From an uncultured Clostridia bacterium (lineage in GTDB: Bacteria; Bacillota; Clostridia; Christensenellales; CAG-917), in the NCBI GenBank assembly GCA_944349635.1, contig CALVNH010000006.1:2195-66194 (forward strand): a stretch of 64,000 bases of DNA, given 5' to 3'. Within the stretch, counting starts at the first letter, position 1. Each line of letters opens with the position of its first letter. The position numbers and the translations under genes are program-made. Under the pieces are notes generated by a model, which was not told the DNA's origin, did not search any database, and saw only the letters and a list, made by a program, of their open reading frames with translations. Below, in pieces: positions 1-11,100 of the stretch.

Positions 1-485
1 TTTTTGCCGACTTCCATAACGACGTCGGAATACATCTGAATGAAACGACGATAGCTGTCGTATGCGAAACGGCGATTATTGGTCTTGACCGCGAAACGCT
101 CCACGACTTCGTCATTGAGACCGAGGTTCAGAATCGTGTCCATCATGCCGGGCATGGAAGCGCGTGCGCCGGAACGGACGGAAACGAGAAGCGGGTTGTC
201 GAGAGAACCGAATTCCTTGCCCACGAGTTTTTCGAGCTTGGAAATGTTCTCCATTATTTCCGCCTGAATGGATTCGTTGATTTGTTCGCCGTCCTTATAG
301 TACTGCGTGCAGGCCTCCGTGGTGATGGTAAAGCCCTGGGGGACGGGCATGCCGAGCTTGGTCATTTCGGCAAGATTTGCGCCTTTGCCGCCGAACAGAG
401 CGCGTCTGTCGCAATTGGCTTCGCTGGCTTCCTTGAACTGATAGACAAATTTTTTGCCTTGCTCACTGGATTTTGTCACTTTCAT
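1..485 (-). CDS. ppdK: pyruvate, phosphate dikinase, N-terminal fragment (gene continues beyond the left edge)
   Basis: Not in the ORF track because it is truncated. Manual minus-strand translation from ATG 485-483 gives MKVTKSSEQGKKFVYQFKEASEANCDRRALFGGKGANLAEMTKLGMPVPQGFTITTEAC...LLVSVRSGARASMPGMMDTILNLGLND, the conserved PPDK N-terminal blocks. A GGAGG lies just upstream. GTG 479 is an alternative start with better spacing. Confidence 0.85.
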   Translation of the reverse strand, partial: MKVTKSSEQGKKFVYQFKEASEANCDRRALFGGKGANLAEMTKLGMPVPQGFTITTEACTQYYKDGEQINESIQAEIMENISKLEKLVGKEFGSLDNPLLVSVRSGARASMPGMMDTILNLGLNDEVVERFAVKTNNRRFAYDSYRRFIQMYSDVVMEVGK

Positions 486-735
486 AACCTCCTGGATTGA
501 AAAGTAAGAAATAGTTAGTTAAGTTATATATTGTGAGTCTAGCAAAAAAACATGTTTTTGGCAAACGATTTCGGTTGCCTTTACAAAAAAATTTTGATAA
601 TATGACAGTAAAGAAAGATTTTTGAGGTGCTAAATGGACGCTGACCCTCGAAGTAGTCATCGACTCCCGTAAAACGCACACGTTCGCGGTTCCGCGGTAC
701 GTGGCGTTTCGTGCCGTACCGAAGGAGGAACCGAT

Positions 736-1695
736 ATGCTCCAAGTTTACAAGAAAATAAACAAGTCCACCATAACCGTCGACCCCGAAATCCTGACGGC
801 GGATTACGATTTCCGCGACCACTGGATTCACATGTCCAACCCCACGGACAAGGAAATCGAATTTATTTCGGCTGCGGCGGGAGTTGCGGAAGACATGATT
901 AAAGCCGCACTGGACGAAGAGGAACGCGCCCGTGTGGAAAAGGACGACGACACCGGCGCCCTGCTTGTCGTTACCGACATTCCTTTCACAGAAGAAGAGG
1001 AAAACCACTACACCTACACCACGTTGCCTTTCGGCTATATCGCCACTTCGGAAGCCATAATCACCGTCTGTCTGGAAGAAACCAGTTTGATAGACGATAT
1101 GCTCTCAGGCAGATTCATAAAGGACCTCAATCTGCACAAGCGCACCCGCTTCCTCATTCAGCTGGAATACACCATTTCCAAAAAATTCCTGCACTACCTC
1201 AAACAAATCGACCGCGCCAGCCAGCGCGTCCAGAACGAACTGGAAAAATCCATGAAAAACAGCGAACTCATCGAAATGCTCGACCTGGAAAAGTCGCTGG
1301 TTTACATCTCCACTTCCCTGCGCTCCAACAGCGTGGTGCTGGACAGATTGCCAAAAAGCACAAAATTCTACGACGAGGACGAGGACCTGTGGGAGGACGT
1401 GTTAATCGAAAACAAGCAGGCAATCGAAATGTCCAACATCTACCGCGACATTCTTTCTGGCACGATGGACGCCTATGCTTCAATCATCTCCAACAACCTG
1501 AACGTCGTCATGAAAGTGCTGACTTCCCTCACGTTGCTGGTCGCCATCCCCAGTATGATAGGCGCCTTCTGGGGCATGAACACGGGCGTACCGTTCGAGG
1601 GTCAGATGTGGGGCTTTTGGGTGGTAATCGGCATTTCCGTCTTTGTCTGCCTCATCGCGGGAATCGTACTTTGGAAAAAACGCTTCCTCAAATGA
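736..1695 (+). CDS. corA: CorA-family magnesium/cobalt transporter
   Basis: 319-aa ORF with GGAGG 7 nt upstream. It has a soluble N-terminal domain, two C-terminal TM helices and the CorA signature AFWGMNTGVPFEG (GMN motif). Confidence 0.9.
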   Translation: MLQVYKKINKSTITVDPEILTADYDFRDHWIHMSNPTDKEIEFISAAAGVAEDMIKAALDEEERARVEKDDDTGALLVVTDIPFTEEEENHYTYTTLPFGYIATSEAIITVCLEETSLIDDMLSGRFIKDLNLHKRTRFLIQLEYTISKKFLHYLKQIDRASQRVQNELEKSMKNSELIEMLDLEKSLVYISTSLRSNSVVLDRLPKSTKFYDEDEDLWEDVLIENKQAIEMSNIYRDILSGTMDAYASIISNNLNVVMKVLTSLTLLVAIPSMIGAFWGMNTGVPFEGQMWGFWVVIGISVFVCLIAGIVLWKKRFLK

Positions 1696-1884
1696 TACCC
1701 GGATTGGAAGCGCTTTCCGCCGTGTAAGAAAATACAAACGGCAAACGCGCACATCGCCGCCGTTCCTACGGCGCGACTGAGCGCAAATACACTCCGAAAA
1801 CGACTCGGAAGCCGCACCGAACTCCTACGGAACAGTCCGATGCGGGAAGCAAAATATCACTGGCAAAGAGAAGATAAAAAGAAA

Positions 1885-1908
1885 AGCACGGCGAACCGTG
1901 CTTTTTTG
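1885..1908. terminator. intrinsic terminator, bidirectional (corA / acidic membrane protein gene)
   Basis: AGCACGG-cgaa-CCGTGCT stem (7 bp), followed by TTTTTT and preceded by an A-run. Confidence 0.7.
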
Positions 1909-2239
1909 TTTGTTTTCGGAAAAATATCGGAGCGGTTTGTTCCTCTTTTCGCCTTTTCGATTTACGCTTAGTCCGCGGACGCCTGCACCGGCGATGTGTG
2001 CAAAACCGACGCAACGTTCACGCGGAATCACACGAAACGTCCCTTTGACGAGACCCGTTGCAGATTGCTCCCCGCAACGCTCGCTCAAACGCACACAGGT
2101 TGAAAACAAGGTCTCAAAACCGTTGTTTTCGGCATTCTATCGCCGTTATTTGCAAAACCGATTCGCGCGGATTCCGCGCCCGACGCCCGCACGCGTGCAA
2201 AGCGTTGTGCGGAAGGAACATACCCTGCGACGAAACAAG

Positions 2240-4396
2240 TCAGTGTCTGTTTCTGAAACGGTGTTTGCGGGAACTTTCCCGAGAAGCCTCTTCCGACTCT
2301 TCCGCTTCGACGACTACATCTTCGACTTCCTCGGTCTCCGCAACTTCGTCTGCGGCAACTTCGGCTTCGACTGTCTCCGCTTCTTCGGTTGCGACGACTT
2401 CCGCCTCTTCGGCTGCGGGTTCTTCGGCAGATTCCGCAACTTCTTCGGTCACTTCGGTCTGCTCCGCAACGGGTTCCGCAACTGCGGGTTCCGCAGTCTG
2501 CACCGTCGCCGCCGCCTGTTCTCTCACGGCCGCCTGGTCTGCCATTATGGACTTGATTATCTTGCTGAGGCACTGAATGACGATTGCCTTGTTTTCGGGG
2601 CTGTTCTTGAAGACGTTGTAAGCCTGCAACATGAGCATTGCCACTTTAATCTTCATGGAACGCGAAAGGTTCATCGTAAGCACATAGTCAACAAGATGCG
2701 GCATGGGAGCAAGTCTCGGAGCCTTGACGTTTTCGTCGCCCTCGTCCAAATCCTCTTCCACATAAATGACTTCCGGTTCGAGAGAAACCATGATTGCCGA
2801 TGCCGCCACGGGACGGGACGCCACGTTGAGCCCTTCGAGCGATTCGGGGCGTGTTCCGTTGCCGTATATGGCACGCGCGGGAGCGGATTGCGCAGACGCA
2901 CTCGCGCTTGCTTGGCTTGCGGGCTGCTCCGCAACGGCGGTCGCAACTTCGGCGGAAGCGGGTTCCGCATAAGTCGCATACTGCGTATCGCGGCTCACCA
3001 GAGTGCCTTCCACAGCGTCGGCACCCTCCTCGTCGTCGAGGAGTTCGCCTTCGACCATAAGGTCGGAGTAACCCTGTTGAGTCAACTCGTCTTGCCTGGC
3101 TTTCTTTTTCTTTCTTCCAAACATATTTTCCTCATCCTCGTCAGTTATTTCTTCCGAAACGTAATCGCTTCGGGTTGCTCGCATATCGTTTTCGTTTGCC
3201 GCCTGCGCGAATGCGGCTTCCTCTAATCCCGCCCGGTATTCCAGAAAGGATGCGACGTTGCCGTCGTCCTCCCCGGTCTCAACAAAACCGTCGTTCTCGC
3301 CGCGCACGGGCACGCCTTCGCGCGGAGAAACGTCCTCCGTATCGGGCACGGAATCGGACGCGGCGTCCTGCAGAACTTCCTCTTGCAACGCTTCGGACGC
3401 ACTCTCTTCGGTTTCCGTGACTGCGGCGTCCGCTTCGGCGACTTGCGCCACGCTCTCTTCCGCAGATTGCGCCGAACCGAGTTCGGCCTCTCTTACCAGG
3501 GTCAGAAGCCCGGATTCTTCATCTTCCGCCACGCTCTCTTCGGAGACCTGCGCCTCTTCCTCGACGGGCAACGTAACAACGGCTTCCGCCCTCGCGACGG
3601 AGTCGTCCTCCGTTTCGCGAACCGCGTCGGATTCCTCGTTCTCCGCGGTCTGCTCGGAACGCTTTTCCGACGCACCCGCCATGTCGGCAAGGTCGGGATA
3701 AGGACGCGCGGTGTTCCTTGCGGAAATGGCGTCCAGAACGGAAGCGATTTCGAGAAGCGGAGAGGCATCTGCGGCATACTCTTTCTCAACCTGCAGGTTG
3801 ACTTTTGCGTCGAGTTCGTCCTGCAATGCGTAGAAATCCTCTCTCGCCTTTTTGTATATCTTTTTCGCCACCACGGTCAAAGCGAGATAACCGAGCGCGG
3901 AAATCAACAGTCCCAGACACAGCACGACGCCGATTTCGGGGTCACCCATGCATCCGAGCCCCCAGAACGCGAAAAAGGCGACGAGAATCAGCGCAATCGA
4001 GATGTAAACGTTGGCGCGGATGCTGTCGTGACGTTTCACCTCTTTGTCGAAAACAGCGGAATCGGAGATGATTTCACTGGGATAGCCGAAACGGATTCCG
4101 AGATACTGCGTCCAGGTCTCGCGCAGAGCGCCCGGCACTTTTGCTCCGAAACACTCCGCGGTGAAATCCGCGGCATTGTCGTCGTTGATGACGGCGACGT
4201 TGGCGAGATAGGACATTATTTTGCGGCAGGCACGGCTGAATTTCGCGGCGTGCGAACCGAAGAACGTGAGCCCTATCACGACTGCCGTCAGCGCGAGGAA
4301 AAGGAGTGTCACCAGATAATACGAACCGACATCCGCCGCGGGCAATTTTTCCGCCAGACCGACGAGACCGTTGAATATCCTGTCGAAGAAGTCCAT
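2240..4396 (-). CDS. hypothetical membrane protein with a long acidic low-complexity region
   Basis: ORF 2240-4459. I start it at ATG 4396 (MDFFDRIFNGL..., GGAGG upstream). It has three predicted TM helices in the first ~230 aa, then several hundred residues rich in E/A/V/D/S. A short ordered block follows (PHLVDYVLTMNLSRSMKIKVAMLMLQAYNVF), then an EAEV-type acidic tail. No family recognised. Confidence 0.65.
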   Translation of the reverse strand: MDFFDRIFNGLVGLAEKLPAADVGSYYLVTLLFLALTAVVIGLTFFGSHAAKFSRACRKIMSYLANVAVINDDNAADFTAECFGAKVPGALRETWTQYLGIRFGYPSEIISDSAVFDKEVKRHDSIRANVYISIALILVAFFAFWGLGCMGDPEIGVVLCLGLLISALGYLALTVVAKKIYKKAREDFYALQDELDAKVNLQVEKEYAADASPLLEIASVLDAISARNTARPYPDLADMAGASEKRSEQTAENEESDAVRETEDDSVARAEAVVTLPVEEEAQVSEESVAEDEESGLLTLVREAELGSAQSAEESVAQVAEADAAVTETEESASEALQEEVLQDAASDSVPDTEDVSPREGVPVRGENDGFVETGEDDGNVASFLEYRAGLEEAAFAQAANENDMRATRSDYVSEEITDEDEENMFGRKKKKARQDELTQQGYSDLMVEGELLDDEEGADAVEGTLVSRDTQYATYAEPASAEVATAVAEQPASQASASASAQSAPARAIYGNGTRPESLEGLNVASRPVAASAIMVSLEPEVIYVEEDLDEGDENVKAPRLAPMPHLVDYVLTMNLSRSMKIKVAMLMLQAYNVFKNSPENKAIVIQCLSKIIKSIMADQAAVREQAAATVQTAEPAVAEPVAEQTEVTEEVAESAEEPAAEEAEVVATEEAETVEAEVAADEVAETEEVEDVVVEAEESEEASRESSRKHRFRNRH

Positions 4397-4596
4397 TCCG
4401 CCTCCGCTGAAACAAGCAATTAGTAAAGTTATTATACCTTTGCGCGCAAAAAAAATCAACTCTTTTAATAGTATAACTTTTTAGAATTGATAAATGCGCG
4501 CGTCTGCAAACGCGTTTTCGACACAAAACTCCGTTTTTGTAAGAAAACAAGCTCCGAAATCTCCGCGCGGAAACCGCCTGCCAAACGGCCGCGGTC

Positions 4597-7500
4597 TCAC
4601 ATTTCAACCGTTTTGCCCGTCTTGAAAGAATACAGCACTATGCTGTCGATTTTTGCCAAAAACCCGCTTTCAACCGCTTTTTTGTACAGATAAAGCTGCT
4701 TTTTGTACTTTTCGAGCGCCTCACGACTTTTGAGAAGAGAGTTTTTGAAATCCACGATGATTTTTTTCTCTCCGTCGATTATGAGGTCCACGACACCCTG
4801 CACAAGCACCTTGTCGTCGGAATCTCCCTGCCCCACTTCTTCGGCGGGAACGTACATGAGAAAGGACTTCTCCCTGTAACAGCGGCTCTTTCTCGCAAGT
4901 GCCATAAGCGGACTGTCAAGACATCTTGCCACGGCAACGGGGTCAATGACGGACAACTCCTCTTCGCTCATCAATCCTTCGGAGAGAATTCTCGCAAACT
5001 CTTCCTTTACACCTTCGACACCGGTTTTTTCGTAGTCTATCAGCTCCATCAGCCTGTGATATGCCGTTCCTTCGTCCGCTCTGTCGGCAAACGCGCTCAT
5101 CGCGAATTCGTCTGCTCCGCCGTCCAGCGCGGAAACGCTGTACTTCATCGACAGCCCCGTGGAAACCTCGTGAGGATATACGAACGCCGCCGCCTCCCTC
5201 ACGGCACGAATGTCGCAATCCCTGGTCACGGTGAGAGGACGGAACCTCTTTTGCGGCTGTATTACTTCCGTTTCCGTTTCGGGGTGCACGAAAACGGGCG
5301 CGCACAGCGAACCGCGATAAACCGCTTCCGAAATGTAATCGGTATATCTTTCCGCAACGGAAAGCAACGGGATTTTGCCGAATTCTGCCATTACTTCCCG
5401 CGCGCACGATGCGGTCACATATAAATATTGTTTCGCGCGCGTGAGGGCGACGTACAAAAGTCTCATTTCTTCCTTGGTTTCACGTTCCTCTATCATGGTT
5501 TCCACGGCGAAACGCGACAGCGTGTTACGCTTGGTTCTGCGGGCGACGTCGAAGGAGTAAAGCCCGATATATCCGCTGTTGTCCGCAACGATATCCTTGT
5601 CGTCGTTTCCGCCGCCGTTCCACTTATCTCCCGCGCACGCAACGAACACTACGGGCGCTTCGAGCCCTTTGAAAGAATGGAAGGTGGCGACGCGCACTCT
5701 GTCTCCTCCCGTGGACGCACGGGGTAAATCCTCCTCCACGCTGTTGTACGCCGCGAGAAATTTGCTTATTCCCGCAACGGTATCCTTCCCTGCCGTAGCG
5801 GTGACGAAGGCAATCAACGCCGACGCCATTCCCTCCCCCTTGACTGCCATATACGCGTCGAATCCGAAATCGCTGACTATGCTTTGCATGAGTTCGGGCA
5901 CGCTCTTGAAACTGGCTTTCAGTCTGTATCCTTCAAGCACGGAAAGCGTTTGCACAACCTTTTTTCCAAGGTCGTCTCCGCTTTCCGCGGTCTTCAACAA
6001 GGCGTCGTAAAGGTCGTCGTCTTTCCCCCTGTTAGCCGCAATCGCCGCAAGCTCTTCCTCCGCGTATCCGCCGAAATATGACAGCAGGAAGCCCGCCAGC
6101 GACAAATCCTGACGGGGATTGTCCAGCACGGTGAGAAAATTGATTAAGTCGCGTTCGGGCTTGGTTTTTTCTTTGCGGAAGTCCCCGTCGTCCACGGGAA
6201 TCCCCTCTTCGCGAAGGCATTGCAACACGCGTTTTGCCGAACTCCTGTTGCGGAACAACAACACGCAGTCACCGTACGTCAGTTTTCCTCCGCCGCTTTT
6301 GGCACGGCCCACAAGGCGCTTTATTTCTCCCGCAATGAACCGTCCTTCCCCGTATTTCGTGGCGGCGTTCCTGGCGTTTATGCCGAACAGATGAACCTGC
6401 ACTCCGCAATCGCCGCGCGACTGCGCTCCTCCGTTTTTCGCACCGCCGTCTCTTTCGGAATCGACTTCGAAGTGCCCGTCTTCGGCGTAGTCGACGTCGG
6501 CGCTTTCTTCCGTCATCACCGCGTCGAAAACCGCATTCACGAACCGCAACACCGCACTTCCGCTTCGGAAGTTTTTGCGGAATCCGATTGATTTCCCGCC
6601 GCCATTTTCGTAGTCGTCCTTCCTTTTCAGGAAAATCCCCGGGTCGGAGAGTCTGAACCCGTAAATGCTCTGCTTGACGTCACCCACCATAAAGGCGTTG
6701 TCCCCCGTCAGCCCCGTTATGATATACTCCTGCACGGGGTTGACGTCCTGATATTCGTCCACGAAGACAATGTCGAAAAGGTTGCGGTAGTCGCCTCCTC
6801 CCACAAGTTTGGCGGCGTATGTTTCCAAATCGGTGAAAGACAACACGTCGTCCGCAAGCTTGATTTCCGACAGCTTTTCGTCGAAACGCACAACAATATC
6901 CATGAGTTTTCCGGCAAGACGCGCGTTCTGTTCGTAATCCCCGTAAAGTCTCTCGTCATCGCCGAAACGGGCATTCCAGTCCGAAAACAGCCCCAATACG
7001 GTTTTTTTGATTTTCGCGGCATAAGCCACGGCGTTTTCGTCGGCATTCTTGGTCTTGTGCGCGGAAGGCAAATCCGCACCCTGTCTTGTCATATTCAGAA
7101 TGCCTTTGAAATCGCTTGCAAGCCCTTCCCTGCATATTTGCGCGATACGCTTCGTCATGGCGCAGTAGGACGCCTGACCCGTCGCCGCAAGCGGCGGCAT
7201 CACGTCGTCGCAACCTTTCAGACAGGCGCGGAAAATTCCGTGCGCCCGCCGCACCAGCGTTTGAGCAAACACACCGTGTTCCGGGTCGGAAAACGACGCC
7301 GCCACGTTTTCGCGGAATTTTGATTTGTCGGGTTGAATTTCGTAAACGGAATGTATGTAGGACACAATGCCGCGAAGGCTCTCTTCGCTGCGCCTTTTGG
7401 AAAGGATGTCGGCAACGGTGTAAAACTCGGGGTCGTCACTTGCCACCTCGTCGAAAACGGCGTCCATCGCGCGGGATTTGTAGTATTCGTTTCGTCTTGC

Positions 7501-7923
7501 GTCGAGCACGTCGAAAGTGGGCGACAGCCCGAGTTTTTCGAAATTCTCCCTTATCAGCGAACGGCAAAAAGAATGAATGGTTCCGATGTTGGCAAAAGCC
7601 AGCATATCCAGGTTGCGTCTGAATCTCTCTCGCGCTTCTCCGTCGGAAGAGCACGCCGCCGCGAAAAGCTCACCGTGCAGACGCTCTTTCAACTCTTCCG
7701 CCGCCGCCACGTTGTAGACCAGCACAAGCATTCTGTCCAGAGAAACGCCTTTGCCAATCTCCCGCAGAATCTTTTTCAGCAACGTGGAAGTTTTGCCCGA
7801 CCCTGCCGACGCGGCTACCAGGACTTTGCCGTCCGCCTCCACCGCCGCTCTCTGGTCTTCCGTGAGCCCGTCCGAACATATTGCGGGAATCGCGTTTCTT
7901 TCTTTTTTGAATTCGGTTTCCAT
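4597..7923 (-). CDS. addA: ATP-dependent helicase/nuclease subunit A (AddA)
   Basis: 1108 aa. It has a UvrD/PcrA-type Walker A (VAASAGSGKTSTL) and a C-terminal PD-(D/E)XK nuclease block (VQGVVDLIIDGEKKIIVDFKNS). It lies immediately downstream of addB; GGAGAG RBS. Confidence 0.9.
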   Translation of the reverse strand: METEFKKERNAIPAICSDGLTEDQRAAVEADGKVLVAASAGSGKTSTLLKKILREIGKGVSLDRMLVLVYNVAAAEELKERLHGELFAAACSSDGEARERFRRNLDMLAFANIGTIHSFCRSLIRENFEKLGLSPTFDVLDARRNEYYKSRAMDAVFDEVASDDPEFYTVADILSKRRSEESLRGIVSYIHSVYEIQPDKSKFRENVAASFSDPEHGVFAQTLVRRAHGIFRACLKGCDDVMPPLAATGQASYCAMTKRIAQICREGLASDFKGILNMTRQGADLPSAHKTKNADENAVAYAAKIKKTVLGLFSDWNARFGDDERLYGDYEQNARLAGKLMDIVVRFDEKLSEIKLADDVLSFTDLETYAAKLVGGGDYRNLFDIVFVDEYQDVNPVQEYIITGLTGDNAFMVGDVKQSIYGFRLSDPGIFLKRKDDYENGGGKSIGFRKNFRSGSAVLRFVNAVFDAVMTEESADVDYAEDGHFEVDSERDGGAKNGGAQSRGDCGVQVHLFGINARNAATKYGEGRFIAGEIKRLVGRAKSGGGKLTYGDCVLLFRNRSSAKRVLQCLREEGIPVDDGDFRKEKTKPERDLINFLTVLDNPRQDLSLAGFLLSYFGGYAEEELAAIAANRGKDDDLYDALLKTAESGDDLGKKVVQTLSVLEGYRLKASFKSVPELMQSIVSDFGFDAYMAVKGEGMASALIAFVTATAGKDTVAGISKFLAAYNSVEEDLPRASTGGDRVRVATFHSFKGLEAPVVFVACAGDKWNGGGNDDKDIVADNSGYIGLYSFDVARRTKRNTLSRFAVETMIEERETKEEMRLLYVALTRAKQYLYVTASCAREVMAEFGKIPLLSVAERYTDYISEAVYRGSLCAPVFVHPETETEVIQPQKRFRPLTVTRDCDIRAVREAAAFVYPHEVSTGLSMKYSVSALDGGADEFAMSAFADRADEGTAYHRLMELIDYEKTGVEGVKEEFARILSEGLMSEEELSVIDPVAVARCLDSPLMALARKSRCYREKSFLMYVPAEEVGQGDSDDKVLVQGVVDLIIDGEKKIIVDFKNSLLKSREALEKYKKQLYLYKKAVESGFLAKIDSIVLYSFKTGKTVEM

Positions 7924-8110
7924 ATTCTCTCCGCAGGCGGATTGCTCCGCCGATTGTGAACTCTCCCGAAGTTTAGCCGAAAATGCGTGTTGAAAGCGTC
8001 GTTTTGCGCTCTAAAACCCGATTTTGGCGTCAACGTTTTGTTTGAATTGTCTGCAACCGCTCACCGCACTGACGGCGGAAGAGCGCGTCTTACGGTTTGT
8101 CCGCCGTCCG

Positions 8111-11100
8111 TCAGTCGCTTTGTCCGTCGGCAAAGCCGGCTTCCTCTCCGCTTTTGTCCTTTTGATAAAATGATGAAATCTTGATGTCCCCCGAACGCTT
8201 TCTCGGTGCAATCTCCGCAAACTGACACGTCTCGGCATAGTCACAGAATTTGCAGGCGCCTTCCAGCGGTTCGGGCTTTATCCTGCCCGCGGTTATCTGT
8301 CGCACGCCCTCTTTCGCAAGCTCCGCGACGTATGAGGCAACCGCTGCGAAATCCTCCTCCGAAAAATAGACGTCGGCGGAAAGAATGTCCTCCGATTTGC
8401 CCCTGGGTTTCTTGTACGGCAAAACGCTCTCCTCGGGATTCTCCGCAAAAAGAGAATCGATTTCGGAGGCTTCGGCAACGCTTTTGATGACGTGTCCCCT
8501 GTATTTGAACCTCTTTTCTCCTTCCTTGACGAATCCCGACGAAAGAGGAAGATAAAACACACCTGCGGGTTTCCAGCCTTTGCCGTCGGCAATGGCGTTC
8601 AGATAGACGTACAACTGAATGGTCTCTCCCGAATAAATGCCCGAAAGTTTCAAATCCGCTCCCGCATACGTCTTGTAATCGATGACCACGAACTTTCCGT
8701 CCAACACGTCGACGCGGTCTATCTTGCCTTTGAGTTCGACTCTTCTGCCGTCCACTTCGAGATACATGGGCGGAATTTCTTTCCCTCCTATTTTTTCCTC
8801 GACGTAACGGGTGGAATACTCCGACCTCTTGCCGACCTCGAACAGCTTTTCGCAAAGAGACACGCTCTCCTCTTTCAGGCGTTGCAGACGGCGGCTCACC
8901 GTGGGTTGGTCAGCCACCACCGCTATTCTGCGAAGAGAAAGAGCGACGTCGTCGAAAATGCGCTTCACGCGGCTTTCCATGTTTTCTTCGTCGATTTCGC
9001 CTCTCATCACGAGTTTGAAAAACGCTTCCAGCACGGCATGAAGAATGGTGCCGTTGTCGGTGTTCTCAAACCCCGCTTTTTCTCTTTCGTTGAGCCCGAG
9101 AATATAGCGCAGATAATGCGCGTAAGGACATTGAAAATACCGTTCGAGACGACTGGCACTCGACGAGAAGTTTTCCGAGGCGTCAGTCCGCGGCAAAGAG
9201 ATGTTCTCGGGAAGATACTGCCTCGAATACACACGGTCGACGCGCTCTTTATGCTCTTTGTCCGCAAACATATACGCCACGCCGGAGAGTTCGTCGCTGC
9301 CGGTGCCGTCCGCGCCTTTCAGAATTTCGTAAAAGCAGGCTTTCGGAGTGGAAAGAAGTGCGCCCACTTTTTCCGCTCTTTCCGCGCACTCCTCGTACGG
9401 AATGTCGTCGAACCCTGCCCTTTTGACGGAAACGGGCGCTCCGTTTTCGGAAAACATGCCGATGAGCTCGGCGATTACCGAAGATGGACGCAACTCTCCT
9501 GACGGGGAGCTTTCAGGATAGGACACGACAAGTTTCCGCGAAGGCTTTTTGAAAATTTCCGTCACGGACATCAGTTCCGTGTAAATGCGCTGTTTCTGCG
9601 AGGGCGTGAGCCCTATATCGAGCGCGTCGAACAGCTCCTCGTCCTTTACCGTGAGCACGGCTCCGCCGCCCTTCCCCGCGGGCAGTTTTCCGACGTTGGC
9701 GCCAAGCACGATTATTTCGCCGTACCCGACGTAACGGCTGTCCGTGTCACCGACGAACACGGCGTCGAGATATGTGGGAACCAAGGCGATTTTGACGGAA
9801 CGCAATGCGGATTTCAGAATGTTTTCGTAATAAGACAAATTGCCTTCCGCCGTCAGGACGTATTCCATTTCGTCGAGAACGGCGTCGGTTTTTTCGTCAA
9901 CCTGCTCCGCACATTTCGCGTAATAAAGGCTCATTCGGGTGAGCTTTTCGGTATGTATGCGCCACGCCGCGTCGGCACCCGCAAGAAAATCGCGCGCCGC
10001 ACCCGCGAAAGCGCGCGCGTCCACGTCGTGCTCAAAGCGGAAGCACCGCGTCACGGCGCAAAGTTTGTTTCTCACGCGTTCCGCCGCCTCGTGCTCCTTT
10101 CTCTCGCGGTCGGTATCGCCGCAAAGAAGGAAGGGCGCCTCGAATCTGCTGTAATCGATGTTGTAACGCAAAACGTAGTTTTCGAAAAGAAAGACATCGT
10201 CCTGCGTAACGTCGGCAATCGATGCGGAATCCTTGATTTTTTCCTCTCCTTCTCCCGAGAGTATTGTCCCCGTGCAAAACAGCGGGTTTTTCACGAATTC
10301 CACAACTTCGTCGGCGGAAAATCTGCTCCTCACCACGGCTATGGCGGAGAGCAGGTATCTCACTTTGGTCTGTTCCGCGAGCAACTCTCTCGTGTCAATG
10401 AAAAACGGAACGTCGTATCTGACGAACGCGCTTTTCAGCTCCGCCTTGTACGAATCGGGGTCCGTGAGAACTATCTCGAAATCCTTGTAACGGGCGCCCT
10501 TCATCACCTTGCTCTTGATGTAAGTGACGGCGGAGAGAATCTCGTCGGCACGCGTCCGCGCGGAAACCAGGCTCAGCCTGCCCTCGCAATCCACGCGTTT
10601 TTCGGGCGGTTGATAGGAAAACAGCCTTTTCGAAATCATGTCCGAAACGGGATTGAGATTTTCGTTGAAAACAACGGTTTCCGCACCGCCGCACACTTTG
10701 CGCACTCTTTCGGCAACGCCGTTGCAGTAAATTCTGGCGTTGGGATTGTCGAAACCGTCCGCCAGACCGATTGTGAGCGACAGCGCGCTCTCGGAGAGCC
10801 CTTCCAGCACGGCGAGTTCGGGAGCCTTGAAATCGTAAAAATCCACCACATAGTAGTGGACGGGAAGGGGCGGCGCGGTTTTGAGATACGCCGCGAAGGC
10901 TTCCAGCCTTGTGGAAGAATCGCTGTGCTTGTCACCCAGAGCACCGATGTATCCGTCGTAAATCAAAGACAAATCGTGCAGTTTGTCTTTGAAAAACGCG
11001 GGAGCGTCATCCGCCGCTCTGCGAAGAGCGTCGGGAGTGACGCCGCTGTTGCGCACCGCAGTCAACGCAGCGTAAAACTCGTCGGCAAACCCGTTGACTC

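Noticed and set aside
612-735. M-box (Mg riboswitch) upstream of corA.
   Set aside because: Only a short GCUAAAUGG..CUGAC resemblance is present. The leader is about 40 nt shorter than an M-box aptamer and lacks the other conserved blocks I remember.
1898-4423. Several long + strand ORFs (1898-3226, 3258-3701, 3383-4423) and nested minus-strand ORFs.
   Set aside because: They overlap the acidic low-complexity gene in other frames. Their Arg/Ser/Phe-rich compositions are typical of out-of-frame translation of GAA/GCC-rich repeats.
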